This document shows positions 47,401-55,847 of a DNA stretch of 64,000 nt, in pieces. The position numbers were made by a program, and so were the translations under genes. The notes below the pieces were generated by a model. That model ran no database searches and was not told the DNA's origin. It worked only from the letters and a program-made list of their open reading frames with translations. Within the stretch, counting starts at the first letter, position 1, and the number at the start of each line of letters is the position of its first letter. Where the stretch lies: positions 1,390 to 65,389 of the forward strand of contig DJCV01000012.1 in assembly GCA_002430735.1 (NCBI GenBank), written 5' to 3'. This stretch comes from Candidatus Woesebacteria bacterium UBA5941. GTDB lineage: Bacteria; Patescibacteriota; Microgenomatia; UBA8517.

Positions 47401-48727
47401 GTTCTGGCTGTATAAGAAGGATATATTTTTTAGGACTGTATTTGTCAGAAATAATGTTCCACGCTTCACTCAATGTCTGTGCTCTATGAAACCGGCTCCG
47501 AATCATGTCTTTAGAGAGTATTGTGTTTAAAAGGACAACTTCATCAACATGCTTCTCCAAGTAATCTGCGTATTTTTTGTTGGCATCTAGATTGTCTGGA
47601 CCGAGTTCGGGTATTCCACCTGTCACAACAATTGTCTTCTTTTTCTCTTTGTCTCCGAGCTTTTTTAGTTCAGAAACCGCTGCTAAGGCTGTAGTAAAAC
47701 TTATGTTGTATGAATCATCAATTACACGATATCCATTCATATAAGAAAGTTTCTGTCGTCTGTCAGGCAGTGTTAGATTTTGCAATGTGTCTTTAATAAT
47801 TTCTTTGGGAATATCAAACTCTTCTGAAATCTTTTTTGCCATGAGTAAATCCTTTTGGGCGCTCTCGCTTCTGATGTTTGATTTTATGTAAATACTACTA
47901 TCAATTTTTGTTACTGCTTTTGTAAAAGCGATACCAAGCTGTTTTAATTTTTTATATTCCTCGTTGAACATGAATAATTTGGCATGAGGTTTAGCATACT
48001 CAAATATCTCAAGTATTGCCTGCGCCATCTTTTTGCGATTGCCAAATCGTTCAACGTGTTGATCTCCAATTGATGTAATTACAGCCATGTCAGGTGGCGT
48101 TATCATACAACTGCGTCTAATTTCTCCCTGAAAATAAGTATCCATCTCCACGATAAGGAGTTCTGTATTGTCTTTCAATTCTTTTATAACCCATGCTGCA
48201 ATGCCTGTTGGAGTATTTATATTTCCAGGCACCATCTGAGTGCGTTTCGTAAAACGAATCAACTCGTAGAAGAAATTTTTTGTTGTCGTTTTTCCATATG
48301 AGCCCGCAACACCAACTATTAATAAGTCAGAACGCATTGCAACAATTCCAGCAGCTTTTCGTTGTAAACGATATTTCATGAACGAATAAAACGGAGTTAG
48401 TAAGACGTTTGATAACAACACAAAAAAAGGTATAAGGAGCACAGTCCCTAATATGCTTACTGGTGATATAACCATAAAAACGAGAGAAAGAACTGTGATT
48501 GATACGGATAAGAGACATGTTGTTTGTATTCGAGAAGTGAATTTTAAAGTATCGCGCTTTTGCAGTTTGCGCTTGAAATAAAACTGAGGCAATCGATTCA
48601 GATATCGTTGTGAATCGTATTCTTCTAATTGCAAGATATACAAAAAGTCCTCAAAAGGAAAAATGTATTTATAACTGTTCAATAAATTCTTTAACATATC
48701 CGAAAAATAAATATGGATGTGAGACAA
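47381..48727 (-). CDS. MurF-like Mur ligase with N-terminal transmembrane hairpin replacing the usual N-terminal domain
   Basis: P-loop LLIVGVAGSYGKTTTKNF; IDDSYNISF (MurF DDSYNANP-like); VVTGGIPELG (MurF GDMLELG-like); N-terminal 130 aa contain two long hydrophobic segments (TTCLLSVSITVLSLVFMVI..., VLLIPFFVLLSNVLLTPFYSF). Confidence 0.6.
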   Translation of the reverse strand: MSHIHIYFSDMLKNLLNSYKYIFPFEDFLYILQLEEYDSQRYLNRLPQFYFKRKLQKRDTLKFTSRIQTTCLLSVSITVLSLVFMVISPVSILGTVLLIPFFVLLSNVLLTPFYSFMKYRLQRKAAGIVAMRSDLLIVGVAGSYGKTTTKNFFYELIRFTKRTQMVPGNINTPTGIAAWVIKELKDNTELLIVEMDTYFQGEIRRSCMITPPDMAVITSIGDQHVERFGNRKKMAQAILEIFEYAKPHAKLFMFNEEYKKLKQLGIAFTKAVTKIDSSIYIKSNIRSESAQKDLLMAKKISEEFDIPKEIIKDTLQNLTLPDRRQKLSYMNGYRVIDDSYNISFTTALAAVSELKKLGDKEKKKTIVVTGGIPELGPDNLDANKKYADYLEKHVDEVVLLNTILSKDMIRSRFHRAQTLSEAWNIISDKYSPKKYILLIQPELNDLYY

Positions 48728-49352
48728 ACGTATTATGTTTTGCCTTTTTTATTACTTTCAACTGAGACTTGGGAATGAGTGTATTGGTTTTATGTGCAAT
48801 TTGCAAAGGTGCGCTGTCATCATTTTCTCCCCAAATAAGAAGCGTTGGAACTTTGATTCGTGGCAGAAACGAGGTTTGGTCAAATGGAACAACATTTCGT
48901 AAAATACCGCCAAGGCCTTTAGTAGACGCTACCTTTAAATCATCTGAGTAAAACTGAGATTTCACTATGTCAGGTGTTACCGACTTAAACGTTTTAGAGA
49001 AGAGTTTTTTTATTTTCACTGAGGTAGATGGGCTATAGATCGTTGGGGTACCGGACAATATAAGTGCCTTTACATATGCTGGATCCTGTGATGCAAGGTA
49101 TGCCGCGATTCTTCCGCCGAAGGAATGGCCTAATAGTATGACATCTGAAAGCTTCTGTCGTTTTATATAGAGAGACACCCATTCTGCATATTCAGGTATC
49201 CCCCAATTAGTCGGAGGTAATGGCTCCTCACCAAAACCCGGCAAATCAATGATGTGGACAGAACGAATTGCTTGTATTCCTCTTAATTGCGATTCAAGAT
49301 TCATCCATTCTTTTTTGGTATGCCCCCACCCATGAAGAACAAGTAAATCCAT
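48669..49352 (-). CDS. Alpha/beta hydrolase-fold protein
   Basis: LVLHGWGHTKKEW and nucleophile elbow ILLGHSFGGRIAAYL (GxSxG); 59-nt out-of-frame overlap with murF-like gene start. Confidence 0.7.
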   Translation of the reverse strand: MDLLVLHGWGHTKKEWMNLESQLRGIQAIRSVHIIDLPGFGEEPLPPTNWGIPEYAEWVSLYIKRQKLSDVILLGHSFGGRIAAYLASQDPAYVKALILSGTPTIYSPSTSVKIKKLFSKTFKSVTPDIVKSQFYSDDLKVASTKGLGGILRNVVPFDQTSFLPRIKVPTLLIWGENDDSAPLQIAHKTNTLIPKSQLKVIKKAKHNTFVSHPYLFFGYVKEFIEQL

Positions 49353-49398
49353 TTCTCTATTATATATGGTATTTTGAACTGGATGTTATAATTATCTA

Positions 49399-50907
49399 TT
49401 GGGAACAATGAATAAAACCCTCGATGAGCTTCTCGAAAACGTTCTCGTAACAAATTCCATACATTATAAGAATCACACAATTACTGGTGTGACTGCGAAT
49501 TCTAAACATGCAAAACCAGGAGATCTATTTGTCGCAGTAGTTGGCTTAACAAATGATGCTCATCAATATATTCCACAGGTCATTAATCAAGGCGTTACCG
49601 TGGTCGTTGGACAGCACGAACTATCAAATCTCCCATTTTCTATCCCAGAAAGTGTTACCTACATTACAGTCCCTGATTCCCGTAAAGCACTCGGACTTAT
49701 TGTTGCAAATTATTATGACAATCCCTCCGATTCACTCACTGTTATAGGCGTAACGGGAACTGATGGAAAGACCACAACATGTCACATGATTTATGCAGTA
49801 TTAAGAAAGACATATTCAGTGGGAATGATCACAACATTGGGTGCGTATATTAATGGCGTCTTAATCGATACTGGTCTCCATGTAACAAGTCCAGACGCAC
49901 CTGTTGTACAAGCCCTTCTTCATAAAATGAAAGAGGGTGGAGTTACTCACGTCGTTCTTGAAGTTACATCACACGGGTTACACCAAGATCGTTTTAGCGG
50001 CGTGAAGTTTGATGTGGGAGTGCTGACGAATATTACGCATGAACACCTCGACTACCATAAGACATTCGACAATTATTTACAGGCTAAGATGATTCTTCTT
50101 AGAAATGCCAAGCATGTGGTATTAAATGCAGATGATCCTTCATTTAAGAACGTTCGATCCGAGATAAAAAACAAATCGATGACTACTTATGCAATAAAAG
50201 CGCAGGCAGATTTTGTGGCATTTAACATTTCATTTGATACTGGAATTTCATTTTCAGTTAAGAACAACGCAGTGACGTATACCGTTTCTTCCAAAGCTGT
50301 GGGCCAATTTAATGTCTTTAATGCACTTGCCGCAATTGCAGTTGCGCGAACCTTTTCGGTTCCGTGGAAGAATATCGTGTCTTCTCTAAAGTCATTTAAA
50401 TCTCCAAAAGGACGCGTGGAAGAAATAAAAAATGAGAAAGGGCTACGGATCTTTGTGGACTTCGCACACACCCCAAATGGATTGCAACATATTTTGCAAG
50501 CACTCCGAGTTAAAACTCCCAAGGAACATAAGTTGATCGTTGTGTTTGGTTCAGCAGGAGAGCGGGATCGTGAAAAACGACTGCTCATGGGAGAAGTCGC
50601 AGGAACGTATGCTGATTTGTCTGTGATTACCACTGAAGATCCCCGAAGCGAGAGTATTCATGAAATCGCACAATCAATTCAAAAAGGTATTGAAAAAGTA
50701 AACGGGAAATATGTTGTTCAATTAGATCGCGGTCAAGCGATTTATGATTCGATACATAAACATGCAGATCGTGGAGATACCATCGTTATCTGTGGAAAAG
50801 GACATGAAAAATCGATGGCATTTGGTAAAACGGAAATCCCATGGTCCGACCAGAGAGCTATTAAGTCAGCACTCAAGATGAAGGCGTTGCATACCCCAGT
50901 TAACTAA
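49399..50907 (+). CDS. murE: UDP-N-acetylmuramoyl-L-alanyl-D-glutamate--2,6-diaminopimelate ligase MurE
   Basis: ITGVTANSKHAKPGDLFVAVVGLTNDAH, VIGVTGTDGKTTT, VDFAHTPNGL (MurE DYAHTPDAL-like); C-terminal EDPR at the DNPR specificity position. Confidence 0.85.
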   Translation: MGTMNKTLDELLENVLVTNSIHYKNHTITGVTANSKHAKPGDLFVAVVGLTNDAHQYIPQVINQGVTVVVGQHELSNLPFSIPESVTYITVPDSRKALGLIVANYYDNPSDSLTVIGVTGTDGKTTTCHMIYAVLRKTYSVGMITTLGAYINGVLIDTGLHVTSPDAPVVQALLHKMKEGGVTHVVLEVTSHGLHQDRFSGVKFDVGVLTNITHEHLDYHKTFDNYLQAKMILLRNAKHVVLNADDPSFKNVRSEIKNKSMTTYAIKAQADFVAFNISFDTGISFSVKNNAVTYTVSSKAVGQFNVFNALAAIAVARTFSVPWKNIVSSLKSFKSPKGRVEEIKNEKGLRIFVDFAHTPNGLQHILQALRVKTPKEHKLIVVFGSAGERDREKRLLMGEVAGTYADLSVITTEDPRSESIHEIAQSIQKGIEKVNGKYVVQLDRGQAIYDSIHKHADRGDTIVICGKGHEKSMAFGKTEIPWSDQRAIKSALKMKALHTPVN

Positions 50908-50908
50908 T

Positions 50909-52252
50909 TTATTTCTTTTTCGGTGAAACCGATTTTAAATACTCTTTCTGATGTTTCTCCATCTCAGTCTTTTTCATTTGGAGTAACAATTGTTCATTTC
51001 GCATTGATGATTCTTGAAACTCAATATCTTTTTGTAATACATCTTCGTTTACTTTGAGTGCCATTTCATTAAAGCCGGTAAGCTTCATACCAGATAATGA
51101 TCGCACTCGTGAAAGGGCAACATATCCCATGCCTGGAACGAATGAACGGGAAAGGTCAATCTCAGCGGCATCTAGACTCATCCCTTGGCTTTTGTGAATA
51201 GTGATTGCCCATGCCAAGCGAAGGGGAACTTGAGTGATCTGCGCCTTCGTCATGTTATCATCTTGGATCATCCAGACTTCAGGTGTTGCAACTATTTGCT
51301 CTCCGCTTTTTGTCGTAACAATTGGATAATTTGTTTTCGGTTCAAAACCAGTAACGATTCCCACCGTGCCGTTAACATATCCTTTGTCATAATTGTTTTT
51401 TACAAACATAACAATGGCACCTTTTTTTATGATGAGTTCACTCGGAGCGAGACAGCTTTTTTTCAATAGTTCACAGAGTTCTGGGATACCCTTACTCTCG
51501 GTTTTATAGATATGTGCTTTCTCATCCATTGTTTCAAGCGCCTTTAAATTAATCGAATCAACATCGATGTTATGTGTATACAACCGAGTTGGTTCACTAA
51601 ACCCGTCTATCTCTTGCCGATATCTACTTTGGAGTGCCTCTAATGTATCTTCACTGGTTGATCCACTGCGGATATCATTTAGTACTTTTAGAATCCCATC
51701 ATCCTCTTGCCGATGTTGTTCTGATAGATAACAGATCTTTAGATCCATCTCATTCCAAACATTGGATTCGTATGCAAACCGTCCATCTTCTGAAGAACTT
51801 CTGGTAACCGGTGGGAGTTGAAAAAAGTCGCCACACATAACAAGCTGAAGCCCGCCAAACGGCACATCTTTATACATAAACGCCCGACAGACCTGATCAA
51901 CCATGTCTAGACGGTATGCATGAAGCATTGAAATTTCGTCGATAATTAACACCTTTGTTCCTTGGAATTTTGTTTGCAGATGATGTTTGTCTAACATGTT
52001 GTCGATATCTCGATCTGTTAACGCATCTTTAATTCCCAGGCCACTCCAGCTATGAATAGTCATCCCGTTTAAATGTGTCGCAGCGATTCCTGTTGAAGCG
52101 GTAACCCCAACATGGACGTTACTCCATTTCAGGTAACTAATGTATTGGTTCAATACATATGTTTTTCCAGCACCAGCTGCACCAGTGAGATACACGTTAT
52201 GACCCAATTTCAAAATATCGAGAGCGTCGGATTGAGTCATGAGGAGTTTCAT
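50909..52252 (-). CDS. PIF1/RecD-like SF1 DNA helicase (standalone, about 445 aa)
   Basis: Walker A VYLTGAAGAGKTYVL; ILIIDEISML (Walker B); GGLQLVMCGDFFQLPPV; C-terminal ITIHKSQGMSLD; all typical of AAA_30/UvrD_C_2 Pif1-family helicases. Confidence 0.75.
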   Translation of the reverse strand: MKLLMTQSDALDILKLGHNVYLTGAAGAGKTYVLNQYISYLKWSNVHVGVTASTGIAATHLNGMTIHSWSGLGIKDALTDRDIDNMLDKHHLQTKFQGTKVLIIDEISMLHAYRLDMVDQVCRAFMYKDVPFGGLQLVMCGDFFQLPPVTRSSSEDGRFAYESNVWNEMDLKICYLSEQHRQEDDGILKVLNDIRSGSTSEDTLEALQSRYRQEIDGFSEPTRLYTHNIDVDSINLKALETMDEKAHIYKTESKGIPELCELLKKSCLAPSELIIKKGAIVMFVKNNYDKGYVNGTVGIVTGFEPKTNYPIVTTKSGEQIVATPEVWMIQDDNMTKAQITQVPLRLAWAITIHKSQGMSLDAAEIDLSRSFVPGMGYVALSRVRSLSGMKLTGFNEMALKVNEDVLQKDIEFQESSMRNEQLLLQMKKTEMEKHQKEYLKSVSPKKK

Positions 52253-52323
52253 TCTAACAGGTAATCGGAATTTCTGGACAGAGAAAACCCCCGCAGTTGT
52301 TACCGCAGGGGTTTAGTGACTAT

Positions 52324-52998
52324 TTAGAGAGAAAGCTCCATATTAGTCATTGAAAGTTCGTGAACCTCGTACTCTTCAAAGTTCACTTCATCAAATGCTT
52401 TTTTGACCTCCGCACGTGGGTCAAAGTAGAAATATTGATGGCTTATACGCCAACCGTAAAAGTAATACCCATGTTCAATATGTATTACGATCCGGTTTCC
52501 ATCATCAAATTCTACATTTAAACTTATAAGCGGGTCTTTCTGATCCACGCTTTCGTTCATTGCATGTTCGATTGCTACCTGCCGGGATTCAAATTGTTTC
52601 ACATCGTTTGAGTTAAAACCGTTCCAGTTCCAGGGTGACAGCATGACGTTCATTGTTGCATTCGGATCAGACATGATTTTTCTCACTTTTTTGTCTATGG
52701 CTCGATCCTTTAATATTTGGATTCGAACCGTTAAATGAATATTGCCGTACGCCATAACGAGCTTTGAATGGTCGTTGCCCCAATCCTGTTTCTCAGGGTC
52801 GGAACTTTGCCATGAAACCTGAACTTCATTCAGGTGATTCAAGACAACTAGCTCTACAGCGTCTGCAAATGGTTTTAATGCAAGGGTTGTATCGATCTCT
52901 TGACCGTAACCCGAGCTTGCAACCAGCTTCGCAGCTTGTTGATAATTCCATGCTATTTGCATGAGGGTACCAACACCCTGTTTTGCTTTGTTAGCCAT
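52324..52998 (-). CDS. Hypothetical protein (224 aa), operon partner of PIF1-like helicase
   Basis: ORF track; strong SD AAGGAG 8 nt upstream of ATG on minus strand; no recognisable motif. Confidence 0.6.
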   Translation of the reverse strand: MANKAKQGVGTLMQIAWNYQQAAKLVASSGYGQEIDTTLALKPFADAVELVVLNHLNEVQVSWQSSDPEKQDWGNDHSKLVMAYGNIHLTVRIQILKDRAIDKKVRKIMSDPNATMNVMLSPWNWNGFNSNDVKQFESRQVAIEHAMNESVDQKDPLISLNVEFDDGNRIVIHIEHGYYFYGWRISHQYFYFDPRAEVKKAFDEVNFEEYEVHELSMTNMELSL

Positions 52999-53066
52999 TA
53001 TTAGCTCCTTTGGATACTATTGGCGTAACATAAACGAATCGTGCAAGCTGAGCTCAACACGAGTCA

Positions 53067-53121
53067 CTTAATAGCGACAGTCTAGCTATTTTAAGTAAAC
53101 AACCAGAAGGTCGCTATTAAG
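53067..53121. repeat. 12-bp perfect inverted repeat CTTAATAGCGAC-N31-GTCGCTATTAAG in leader of hypothetical/helicase operon
   Basis: Read directly: 53067-53078 and 53110-53121 are exact reverse complements. Confidence 0.8.
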
Positions 53122-53267
53122 ATTAAGTGAGAATGTGCTGTCTGTGTAAACGTGCGAATCTTTCTAAGCGTAGGTACGAGAGCATTGTTTGTGCGCTTGT
53201 ATCTAGGCTCAAAATTCACTTAATTACGGGAGATTTTCCGAGGTATTAGTTCTTTACTAATATGAAT

Positions 53268-53296
53268 ACTATAGCATTAAAAAGACACTTTGTCAA
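53268..53296 (-). promoter_or_regulatory. Near-consensus sigma70-type promoter on minus strand (TTGACA-17-TATAGT)
   Basis: Plus TGTCAA 53291-53296 is minus-strand TTGACA; plus ACTATA 53268-53273 is minus-strand TATAGT; 17-nt spacer; drives hypothetical+helicase genes with about 260-nt leader. Confidence 0.5.
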
Positions 53297-53319
53297 TACT
53301 ATAAGACTATCAATTGGAG

Positions 53320-54675
53320 CTAAAACGAGGCTACAATTTGATTAAATTGCTCGCCACGGTCGTACTCGTTTTTAAATAGTCCGAATGAGGCAAATGCTGG
53401 ACTGAGTAAAATGACATCGCCGGACTGAGTGTTTTTAAATGCAGTTTGAACAGCATTTTTGAGTGACTCTTCAAAAAAAACAGGGAGCGTGAGAGTCAGT
53501 ATCTGTTCCCGAATTTTGTCGGTACCAGACCCGGGGAGCATGACGACTGCTTTGCAGTAAGATGGAATTGCTTGGATGAGCGCTCCCATTTCTATCTCCT
53601 TATCGGCCCCTCCCATGATTAATACGACGTTATTGTTTCTAGAGACTGCTTTTAATCCTACGATTGTCGCGTCAGGCATTGTTGCAGTTGTGTCGTTATA
53701 AATCTTCACACCATTGACCTGTTTAATTAATTGAAGTCTTCCTTCAACGCCGGTAAAGGATTGCAGTACTTCTCGTATCGTTATGTCTGATATTTTCATT
53801 GCGCGACATGCTGCAATTGCGAGTGCTGCGTTATATTTATTATGTTCCCCGGGAATTGACAGTGACCATCCACTTGGAAAATCTGAGACATCACGGATTT
53901 CATGAGGCGCATTAAACGAATATTTTTTCGTGATGAATGGCGCAGCTTGAGCACCCATGATGACAAAATCATTTCTCGTTTGGTATTTAAAAATGTTTGC
54001 CTTGTCGTCTAAGTACTTAGCCATATCACCTTTGTAATAATTCATATGATCCGCGAGGAATGTAGTGAAAACGGCAATATGTGGTGATATTTGATCGGCA
54101 CCAAACCCTTGCAATTGCCACGAGTCCAGTTCTAAAACAGCAATGTCTTCACCTTCAACTTCATCAAGGAAGGGAAGAGTTGCTACACCCTTTACATTTC
54201 CCCCCAAAAAAACATGCCGTGCTTCGATCTCTTTCTTTTTCTGCGCTGCTTTAAGGATTTGATAGATCATGTGGGTAACAGTGGACTTCCCACGGGTTCC
54301 GGTTACGCCGATAATTCGCACGTCTCTTTTTTGGCTTAGTCGAGCAAAAAGAGCAGAACTCATTTCAACAGGAATGCCATTCTTTTTTGCTTCAGCAATA
54401 TAAATGTTATCGAGTGGGACTCCCGCTGCCTTGAGAACGAGATCTCGATCCTTGAAGTCTTCAAGTCTATGTTCACCTAGTACATAGGTTATATTTGTAA
54501 ATCCTTTTAATTGATCCAAGCTTGTTTGCAAGTCTTCAGCCTTTTTTAAATCAGTGACAATAATCTCTGCTCCGGACTCAGCTAAGTATTTAACATCGCC
54601 CACACCACGTCCTAAAACCCCGAGACCCATTACAGTAATTTTCATTTCACTGAAGTACTTGGAAAAACTTTTCAC
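53320..54675 (-). CDS. murD: UDP-N-acetylmuramoylalanine--D-glutamate ligase MurD
   Basis: KITVMGLGVLGRGVGDVKYLAESGAEIIVTD N-terminus, IIGVTGTRGKSTVT P-loop, NDTTATM (NDSKATN-like), LLSPAFASFGLFKNEYDRGEQF C-terminus; probable true start MKITV (54645). Confidence 0.8.
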   Translation of the reverse strand: MKSFSKYFSEMKITVMGLGVLGRGVGDVKYLAESGAEIIVTDLKKAEDLQTSLDQLKGFTNITYVLGEHRLEDFKDRDLVLKAAGVPLDNIYIAEAKKNGIPVEMSSALFARLSQKRDVRIIGVTGTRGKSTVTHMIYQILKAAQKKKEIEARHVFLGGNVKGVATLPFLDEVEGEDIAVLELDSWQLQGFGADQISPHIAVFTTFLADHMNYYKGDMAKYLDDKANIFKYQTRNDFVIMGAQAAPFITKKYSFNAPHEIRDVSDFPSGWSLSIPGEHNKYNAALAIAACRAMKISDITIREVLQSFTGVEGRLQLIKQVNGVKIYNDTTATMPDATIVGLKAVSRNNNVVLIMGGADKEIEMGALIQAIPSYCKAVVMLPGSGTDKIREQILTLTLPVFFEESLKNAVQTAFKNTQSGDVILLSPAFASFGLFKNEYDRGEQFNQIVASF

Positions 54676-54793
54676 ATATCATTGTAACCTGAAACGTGCC
54701 AAAAGCTAAATATTTGGTCGCGCTTGAGCTGAGGAGATTGGAAAGAGACTAGTATGCGCTTGTGAAAAGATGGTACACTAAAGACTACATTTT

Positions 54794-55846
54794 ATGGGTA
54801 ACCAAAGCGTCCTCACCTTGGCACTCGGTTTAATTATCTTCTCCTTTTTAATTACTTCTATCCTTGTGGTGCCTTTTATTGACTTCCTTTTTAAGATGAA
54901 ATTGACGCGTCAGGTGCAGGGAGGGAAAAACAGTAAATCTCTTTTTGATAAATTGCATGACAAAAAAGCAGGCACTCCAATTGGAGGCGGCATTTTAGTA
55001 ATTGCAGTTGTTACCATTCTTTTTTTAATTCTCATGCCTTTCATGAATTATGTGGGGATTGCGATCCAGTCCTCCTTTGATTTTAATCAAGAGCGATTTA
55101 TTATCCTTTTTACTTTTATATCCTTTGGATTACTGGGATTACTCGATGATTACGTCAAAATCTTTGGCAAACCACGGCCGGGAAAACTGGGTTCTGTATT
55201 TGGGCTTACAAAAATGCAAAAGTTTTCACTCCAATGGGCTCTTGGTCTTTTTGTTGCGTTTTATCTCTATAATTTTTTAGGTATTCAGATCCTTCATATC
55301 CCACTGTTTAACGTAACAATTCATTTAGGGCTTCTGTATGTCCCGTTTGCAGCTTTTGTTATCGTCTTTTTCACCAATGCCTTTAATATCACAGACGGTT
55401 TAGATGGACTCGCTTCAGGGTTACTCATGATTTATTTGTTCGCGTATGTGATTATTGCTGCAGGAAACCTGGACACACCACTGTTTATGTTTATTTCAGT
55501 GTGGCTCGGTTCGCTCATTGCCTTTTTGTACTTTAATACCTGGCCAGCACGTATCTGGATGGGGGATGCGGGTGCATTAAGTTTTGGTGCCATGATTGCA
55601 GTAATGGGGCTTATTACCGGAAATGTTGCAACTACATTTGTAATCGGAGCTATTTTTGTTATGGAAGCACTTTCTTCTCTGCTTCAAATGTTTGGATATA
55701 AAGTATTGAAGAGAAAAATCCTCCCTCTTGCGCCGCTGCATCACGCCTTTGAACTGGGAGGATGGGAAGAACCGAAAATTGTCATTCGTGCATGGCTTGC
55801 TGGAATAATGCTTGCCATTCTCGGACTATGGCTTGCTACAATCTAA
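54794..55846 (+). CDS. mraY: Phospho-N-acetylmuramoyl-pentapeptide transferase MraY
   Basis: FNITDGLDGLASG and DAGALSFG motifs, 10-TM architecture. Confidence 0.85.
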   Translation: MGNQSVLTLALGLIIFSFLITSILVVPFIDFLFKMKLTRQVQGGKNSKSLFDKLHDKKAGTPIGGGILVIAVVTILFLILMPFMNYVGIAIQSSFDFNQERFIILFTFISFGLLGLLDDYVKIFGKPRPGKLGSVFGLTKMQKFSLQWALGLFVAFYLYNFLGIQILHIPLFNVTIHLGLLYVPFAAFVIVFFTNAFNITDGLDGLASGLLMIYLFAYVIIAAGNLDTPLFMFISVWLGSLIAFLYFNTWPARIWMGDAGALSFGAMIAVMGLITGNVATTFVIGAIFVMEALSSLLQMFGYKVLKRKILPLAPLHHAFELGGWEEPKIVIRAWLAGIMLAILGLWLATI

Positions 55847-55847
55847 C

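Noticed and set aside
50187-50633. 148-aa minus-strand ORF
   Set aside because: Antisense to murE
52270-52312. Hairpin AAACCCC-N16-GGGGTTT between the hypothetical gene and the helicase
   Set aside because: On the transcribed minus strand only a 4-T run follows; too weak to call a terminator between two likely co-transcribed genes. It contains a direct CCGCAG duplication.
50909-53300. Mobile element or prophage origin for the helicase module
   Set aside because: No integrase, transposase, tRNA target or terminal repeats visible; only the own promoter and odd location support an accessory origin, so not called a mobile_element
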